From Cyanophora paradoxa CCMP329 (lineage: Eukaryota > Plantae > Glaucophyta), in contig QPMI01000293.1 of assembly GCA_004431415.1 (NCBI GenBank), positions 1 through 47,208 of the forward strand: a stretch of 47,208 nt of DNA, read 5' to 3'. A program made the translations under genes and the position numbers. Under the pieces are notes generated by a model. The model ran no database searches. It was given only the letters and a program-made list of their open reading frames with translations, and was not told where the DNA came from. This document shows, piece by piece, positions 47,201 through 47,208 of the stretch; the first letter of the stretch is position 1, and each line of letters opens with the position of its first letter.

Positions 47201-47208
47201 CCTCCGCG
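41207..47208 (+). CDS. TmcB/TmcC ('tiny macrocysts')-like multi-TM sensor protein with TPR-like helical region and PAS domain; 3'-partial
   Basis: N-terminal TM block. Helical region ALARFPESQLLRVAFAEFL, ALARIRSFWEILL, KYRRLLGRF...YARFL...AERYQREAE. Further TM pairs. PAS domain IMEAVYVGIAVFD...IALVNHATERAFGYKRSELVGRPASLLI...AERSGGEKFPCTVAI at the window end. Confidence 0.75.

Noticed and set aside
1-47208. Hundreds of long overlapping P/R/A/G-rich ORFs on both strands (e.g. 968, 1033, 1111 aa)
   Set aside because: Expected from extreme GC content and stop-poor introns. Recognisable protein motifs appear only after splicing and hop between frames.

Overview
Very GC-rich, gene-dense eukaryotic nuclear DNA with many short (~50-80 bp) spliceosomal introns. 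Most long ORFs in the supplied track are GC artefacts, so I rebuilt genes by manual splicing. A plastid transit peptide of the 'MxxAF...SFFG...VVRM/S' type suggests a glaucophyte-like alga (inference). Host genes in order: a partial LRR protein, an Fpg/MutM-like protein lacking the catalytic N-terminal Pro, a Venus-flytrap + Cys-repeat + multi-TM receptor, plastid soluble pyrophosphatase, NOL11-like, a HAT-RS-DGCR6-like fusion, a PQ-loop transporter, MKKS/BBS6, an orphan intron-bearing PCMT fragment, and a TmcB-like TM/TPR/PAS protein running off the window. The stand-out feature is a 10,140-bp DNA transposon (6263-16402) with ~109-bp TGT...ACA terminal inverted repeats and a 5-bp CGGGC target-site duplication. 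It encodes a retroviral-type DDE integrase (AT-hook, HHCC, core, CXC, SAP) and a convergent multi-exon orphan gene. The introns of both genes carry a palindromic CAACGCWWGCGTTG motif whose half-site also lies in the TIRs, suggesting an accessory protein plus dispersed-binding-site system. Single-base indels in homopolymer runs occur in both host and element genes and look like assembly error, so exon coordinates are approximate.
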